Shown: piece after piece, positions 59,466 through 64,000 of the stretch
How positions within the stretch are numbered: the first letter of the stretch is position 1
Layout of the letters: every line of letters starts with the position of its first letter
NCBI GenBank assembly: GCA_963823665.1
Contig: CAWGMQ010000006.1
Coordinates: forward strand, 128,001 to 192,000
Length of the DNA: 64,000 nt
Reading direction: 5' to 3'
DNA from: an uncultured Planctomycetota bacterium
GTDB lineage: Bacteria > Planctomycetota > Planctomycetia > Isosphaerales > Isosphaeraceae
Made by a program: the position numbers and the translations under genes
The notes under the pieces: model-generated
What the model was told of the DNA's origin: nothing
Database searches by the model: none
What the model saw: only the letters and a program-made list of their open reading frames with translations

Positions 59466-60658
59466 TTCATCGCTTCCAGTTCACTCGAACGGTACAGTTC
59501 GCCGAGCGTATAGTCCTTCAGCCAGTACGAGAGAGTTTCACCCGAAACGACTCGCAGAACTGTTTCTCCATCCTGACGTTCCACGACAGTCGTGGTCGGC
59601 GGGTCGTCGCCAAATGCGTTAAGGAACTCAGGTGAATGTGTCGTCAGGATCACCTGAGCCTTCGTCGCGGCCTCGCGTGCATACTCCGCGACGATGGGCA
59701 GCATCGACGGGTGCAGCCCCGTCTCGGGCTCGTCAATCGCAATCAGGGGCGCCGGCGACGGATTGGCCAGCACGGCGAGCAAGAAAAGAAACCGCAACGT
59801 GCCGTCCGACAGGTCGGCGGCGGACTGTTCACGTTTCAGGCTTCGCCAGCGAATCCGCATCTGGATTCGCTGATCTGCGGCCGGTGGAAATACCAGCTTG
59901 TCGAAGTCATCCCCGAACGCTGCCCGCATCGCCTTATTGACCTCGTTTTCAAACTCGCGATCGCTCGTGTAGAGGCTGTGCAGGACGGAGACCAAGTTCT
60001 GGCCGTCGGCGCTCACTTCGGTCTCTGCGCGCGTCACCTGCGGTGCCCGGACCTGCGCGTCGCGATGAGTTTGAAAACCCTGGTGAATCTTCCAATCCGC
60101 CAGTTCCTGCTGGAACGCAGCCACGGACCGGTTCGCCGTGAACGGTCCTGCGGCCATGGAGAGCAGCGTTTCCTCTTCGGGTACGGATTCCGGCGGAGCC
60201 ACGAACTTTTGCGAGTCCATTGAGTACACAATCGCATGTTGCGGATCGCGCTGCAGGAACAAGAACGGGTGCAGGTTAGCACGCGTTTCCACGAAGAAGA
60301 AGTTTCCAAGAATCTCCTCATCGATCCGATACGCACTCGAAGTGCCGAGTCGCCCGAGCGTCAGTTCATATGTCACAGCCTCCTTCTCTTCGTCGGTATA
60401 CGGTGGAATCGGAGTCAGTTTCGCGCGCAGCCGTACCCGATCTACCTGGCCGTCCCACAAAATCGGGTCCATGCCACCTTCCTGCTGAACGTAACGCCCG
60501 AGTCCTCCACGCGCGGCTACGCTGAGCGTCTCGAGGACGCGCAGCAGATTCGACTTGCCGCTCGCGTTCGGCCCGATCAGGACATTCAAGTCACCAGGGC
60601 ACCACGTCTGCGATTTGAGCGACCGAAAGCCATCGACTACCAATTTGATGATCTTCAT
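59462..60658 (-). CDS. ABC/SMC-like ATPase (AAA_21 type)
   Basis: GFRSL, GPNASGKSN, LSDGT, IAIDEPETGLHP, TTHS; ATGA overlap with the DUF4276 gene. Confidence 0.92.
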   Translation of the reverse strand: MKIIKLVVDGFRSLKSQTWCPGDLNVLIGPNASGKSNLLRVLETLSVAARGGLGRYVQQEGGMDPILWDGQVDRVRLRAKLTPIPPYTDEEKEAVTYELTLGRLGTSSAYRIDEEILGNFFFVETRANLHPFLFLQRDPQHAIVYSMDSQKFVAPPESVPEEETLLSMAAGPFTANRSVAAFQQELADWKIHQGFQTHRDAQVRAPQVTRAETEVSADGQNLVSVLHSLYTSDREFENEVNKAMRAAFGDDFDKLVFPPAADQRIQMRIRWRSLKREQSAADLSDGTLRFLFLLAVLANPSPAPLIAIDEPETGLHPSMLPIVAEYAREAATKAQVILTTHSPEFLNAFGDDPPTTTVVERQDGETVLRVVSGETLSYWLKDYTLGELYRSSELEAMK

Positions 60659-61230
60659 CCTACGTCTCCGTTACCCGGCCCGCAAAGCGTAGAGCACGTT
60701 CTACGGCGACACGAATTCGGGACGATGAGCCCCCTCGCCGGATAAACGGCGATGTCGATCTGTCCGCAGCCAACGCCGGCATTGCGAAGGAACGCAACCA
60801 ACGTGTTCAGTCCAGCATTCTCGATAGTGCCAAGCTGCATAGTTCGACGGCGACGCATCCCCTCCTCAACAGTGCGCACCCGCACTTCCTACGAGTCTAT
60901 TCTCTCCGTGGAATCGTTCAAAGGCCACTGCAACGGCGGTTTGGCTCGTTTTTCACTTCAACCCCCTCCTTCAGGAGCGTCTCGACCGCCTCGTCGAGCT
61001 GCGGCCCTTGAATGTCCTTGTATCGGACGACACCCTTGCGGTCGGAAAAAGGTGCCACGAAACAAAGGTGTCAGGAACCTTTCTCGAAGCCCTGGGTTTC
61101 GACGAGAGCACAAGGAATTCTCTCGACGACCAAAGGCCGACACTGCGAACTGCATCGCCAACAGCGTTCGGCGATCTGGCTAACGACCGCTCACGACAGC
61201 GGCTCCGCGTTCCATCAGTACGATGTCCCG

Positions 61231-62781
61231 TCAACTGGACTCTTCACGGGGCCGAGCGGCCGCGGATCGAAGTTCGTGGGCTATGGCCACGTACTCCGAA
61301 ATCAACTCCAGCAACGGCTCCGTTCTTGCAGTCAGCAGGGCCGCCTCCTCCTTGGTGTCGATGTTGATGACGCCATACTCGCGGAACGAGTCCCCACTTA
61401 CCAGCGCTGGGACAACCGGAACGGGGACGGAGACGAACTGCACGTACGGACTTGCACGCTTTGGACCGGCCGCGTCCTGATAAAGGTCGCTAAGCGCGAG
61501 CTTTTCGCCGGCGGTCTTGGAAATGACGTCGGCGGACTTCAGCCCGCGCGACAGGAGGGGGTCTGCCTTCGGGTCGGTCGCCAGCAGTGCGTCCCGCACG
61601 CGGTCGTATTTCTTCAGCTTGCGCAGCCGATCGAAATCACACCTGCGGTCCTTGTCATGCGGCCAAGCCAGCAACCGGCCCTCAAGCAGCGCCCACGCGG
61701 CTACCGTTTGCGGGTAGCTGAACATCGAGTGTGCTGCCGATCGCGGCGCCAACATCCGATGGCGCAAGACCCGTCGGGGACCGCCAACGACCAGGGAGGC
61801 GAAGCTCACGCGAATCTGCCGGCCTGGGAAAACCTGGGTCTTGAGATAAACCGCGATGTCGTCCATGAACTCGTCCAGCTCCGTTACACTCCGGAGGGCC
61901 TGGAGGCGCGCCCGCACGTCCGTGGTTGACACCTGAACCGGCCCAGGTGCTGGGATCGACTCCAGGTATTTGGGCAGGTCGGTATACTCCTTTCCGTACG
62001 AGACTGGTTCGATTCCGAGCCGCCGCAACACGACGTGCTGCTCAGCCGACGGCGTCCCGTTCATCAGGAAGAAGTGGGCGGCAGAATTCTCGAGCAGCGG
62101 CCCGGCCACTCGAGAGAATTCCGCCAGAAGTGTGGACAGATGGGGGTCACTCACCCCGTCAAGGCTACACCCGACGAACAGCAGCACCCCGCTGTGAAAC
62201 ATGGATCGGACCACGGTCTCCTTGTCCGGTGCGGACAGCTTGATCCGCGCGTAATCATCGCCTGACAGGATAACCGATTTCGGCCAATCGTACCGCCCAT
62301 GCAAGTGGATGATTCCCGACCCCGTCCGCAGGACTTCCAACATTTGTTTGGGGTCCAGCCAGGTGGCCAGCTCGGCGTCAGGGATCACTGCCTGGTCCCT
62401 CAGGATCAGGTCGCAATTGGTAGTCAATATGATTCGGGAATCCAGGCCGCGGATAGCGGCGATCAGCCCGGTATCATTAACTGTCGGTGACCCAAGACAG
62501 GTCTGCAGAAACACCTCGTAGTCCTGTCCCTCCGCACCACCCAGGGCCTGCTGCAATTTCGTGAAGCCTAGCACGAGTTCTCCGGTTTCGTGCAAGACAT
62601 TGAGTGCCTTCAGGCTTTGCTCGGTGGTCCCCGGTCGCCTTGCAAGGAACTCGATTCCTTTCTTCAGGAGGCCGTTCCAGTCAGGCAAGTCACTCACCGC
62701 CCGGGACACACCCGCGCCAACGAGGGGCACGAGGTTCCGGTTCTGCCAGGCCTTGCGGATGCGGGGATCGACGATTGGCAT
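61231..62781 (-). CDS. SIR2-like (SIR2_2) NADase-family protein with a C-terminal GAF-like domain
   Basis: VPLVGAGVS, LPDW, ILTTNCD, IIHLHG, LLFVGCS..DP; the C-terminal FVSVPV..YGVINIDT..LLELISEYVAIA pattern resembles GAF. Confidence 0.85.
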   Translation of the reverse strand: MPIVDPRIRKAWQNRNLVPLVGAGVSRAVSDLPDWNGLLKKGIEFLARRPGTTEQSLKALNVLHETGELVLGFTKLQQALGGAEGQDYEVFLQTCLGSPTVNDTGLIAAIRGLDSRIILTTNCDLILRDQAVIPDAELATWLDPKQMLEVLRTGSGIIHLHGRYDWPKSVILSGDDYARIKLSAPDKETVVRSMFHSGVLLFVGCSLDGVSDPHLSTLLAEFSRVAGPLLENSAAHFFLMNGTPSAEQHVVLRRLGIEPVSYGKEYTDLPKYLESIPAPGPVQVSTTDVRARLQALRSVTELDEFMDDIAVYLKTQVFPGRQIRVSFASLVVGGPRRVLRHRMLAPRSAAHSMFSYPQTVAAWALLEGRLLAWPHDKDRRCDFDRLRKLKKYDRVRDALLATDPKADPLLSRGLKSADVISKTAGEKLALSDLYQDAAGPKRASPYVQFVSVPVPVVPALVSGDSFREYGVINIDTKEEAALLTARTEPLLELISEYVAIAHELRSAAARPREESS

Positions 62782-62847
62782 AGACCACCAGCCATTTCAT
62801 CTTGACCAACGGACCGCACCCGTCCCGATCGGGGTGCGGCTGCCGGT

Positions 62848-63402
62848 TTACTTCACCTGCTGTTTTACCCACCGCCGCGTCTCTGCCGGGGTGCGCAGCC
62901 GGACCACTCTGAAGTGAGGGTTTCCACTACCCGCAAGCAAGGACTCGTACTGGATGCGCCGCGGCCGATGCGATCGGAGAGCCCACCGCAGGACTGACCG
63001 CGGTCCGAGGACGCGGCGCAAGGTTTCCCGGTTGCCGTTGGAGAATGTTTCCCCTGTGCACAGCCGGCGGATCGTCCTGCGAAGGACCCGTCGGAGCACG
63101 ACGGGGAGTGAGTAGTCCATCCACAGGACCAGGTTCGCACGGGCCAGGATGGTATCCTGGACGATGGAGTAGTTGCCGTCGACCACCCATCGGTCGACAC
63201 CCGTCTGATCGTCAACGCGTGCCCGGAACTGCGCGTCGGGCACCTCGACCCAGTTCGGTTCGTACCGCAGGGCGTCCAACTCGATGTGGCGCAGTCCAAG
63301 GCGGCCGGACAGTAGCCGTGCGAGGGTCGTTTTGCCGCACCCAGTTGGACCCACGATGGCGATGCGCGAGTTGCTGGACTGATCATGAATTCCCGAGCGT
63401 AT
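62848..63402 (-). CDS. Adenylate-kinase-like P-loop kinase (FlaR/topology-modulation type); start uncertain
   Basis: RIAIVGPTGCGKTTLA, HIELD, WVVDGNY, VLWMD, NGNRE; an ATA at 63402 follows GGAGG. Confidence 0.85.
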   Translation of the reverse strand: MRSGIHDQSSNSRIAIVGPTGCGKTTLARLLSGRLGLRHIELDALRYEPNWVEVPDAQFRARVDDQTGVDRWVVDGNYSIVQDTILARANLVLWMDYSLPVVLRRVLRRTIRRLCTGETFSNGNRETLRRVLGPRSVLRWALRSHRPRRIQYESLLAGSGNPHFRVVRLRTPAETRRWVKQQVK

Positions 63403-63444
63403 ATGGACTGCCTCCGCCCCGTCCGCACTCGTATCGGTTCGTCG

Positions 63445-63999
63445 CTACGCCAGCGGGGAGGGCGTCGGCGGCCAGCGCCACATGATCTCCTCAATGTGCG
63501 CGAACGGCAGACTGTCGACAAGGGCTCGCAGTCGGTCATAGTATTCGCGCTGGGTGAGCCCTGCCGCGGAGGACCCGGCGGCGGCAACAATGTCATTGTA
63601 CTTCCCTTCGATGGCCAGGAACGGTTTCAGGGCCGACAACAACTCCGACGACCAATCGTCGCCGAGCCCGGCGAACGCTTCGCGGATGTCGACGGCCCGG
63701 TCCGGGCTCGGGTATCGGCCCAGCCGTCCCAGGACGCGGCGCATGAGGTGAATCGGGAAGCTCTCCGCCTGGGAAAGGAGACTTAACTGATCAGCGGTCA
63801 GCGAGCCGTCTGCGGCCAGTTCGAGTGTGTTGAACGGTTCCTGCGCCCACCGCGCACCTATGGTCGAGACGTATTTCAGAATATCGTCTTTTCGGACAAT
63901 CGGGTCGTCCTGGACCGCTGAGAGGAACCGCTGATGAAACTCACGCCAGGGATCACCCTTGCGGACCGCCAGGCTCCCGACGTGGTCGGAGAACCGGAG
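63445..63999 (-). CDS. C-terminal part of an unknown helical protein, running off the window edge
   Basis: The frame is open from the window end (LRFSDHVGSLAVRKGDPWREFHQRF...) to TAG at 63445. Confidence 0.7.
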   Translation of the reverse strand, partial: LRFSDHVGSLAVRKGDPWREFHQRFLSAVQDDPIVRKDDILKYVSTIGARWAQEPFNTLELAADGSLTADQLSLLSQAESFPIHLMRRVLGRLGRYPSPDRAVDIREAFAGLGDDWSSELLSALKPFLAIEGKYNDIVAAAGSSAAGLTQREYYDRLRALVDSLPFAHIEEIMWRWPPTPSPLA

Positions 64000-64000
64000 G

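Noticed and set aside
60655..60885. 76-aa ORF upstream of the ATPase as a third component
   Set aside because: No motif, and it seems to switch frame; probably a remnant

Overview
GC-rich bacterial DNA whose gene content points to a planctomycete (inferred, Isosphaeraceae-like): an ECF sigma-WD40 fusion, a MoxR/DUF58/BatA/prenyltransferase-repeat operon, DUF2617 and many short intergenic repeats. Layout: (1) 1-13 kb accessory region with secreted hypotheticals, a decayed vapBC-type pair, an IS701-family element that splits a gene, and an IS1182-family element. (2) 13.4-30.7 kb ten-gene MoxR operon with three paralogous helical proteins and a large TlpA protein. (3) 30.7-39.5 kb minus-strand cluster: methyltransferase, GT-C glycosyltransferase, CDP-alcohol phosphotransferase, Gfo/Idh/MocA oxidoreductase, PAS histidine kinase, sugar isomerase, ABC permease. 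(4) 39.8-55.7 kb housekeeping and envelope genes, including lptFG and a FabF-ACP-acyltransferase-phosphatase operon. (5) 55.7-58.4 kb repeat-rich, mostly non-coding tract. (6) 58.4-64 kb probable defence island: a PglZ-like relic, an ABC-type ATPase + DUF4276 pair, and a run of unknown gene, nucleotide-kinase-like gene and SIR2 protein with a GAF-like C-terminal domain. That last run is the best candidate for an undescribed system. About a dozen otherwise intact genes carry single frameshifts, most likely long-read indel errors, so split or fused ORFs need caution. All family calls come from reading motifs by eye; no searches were run.
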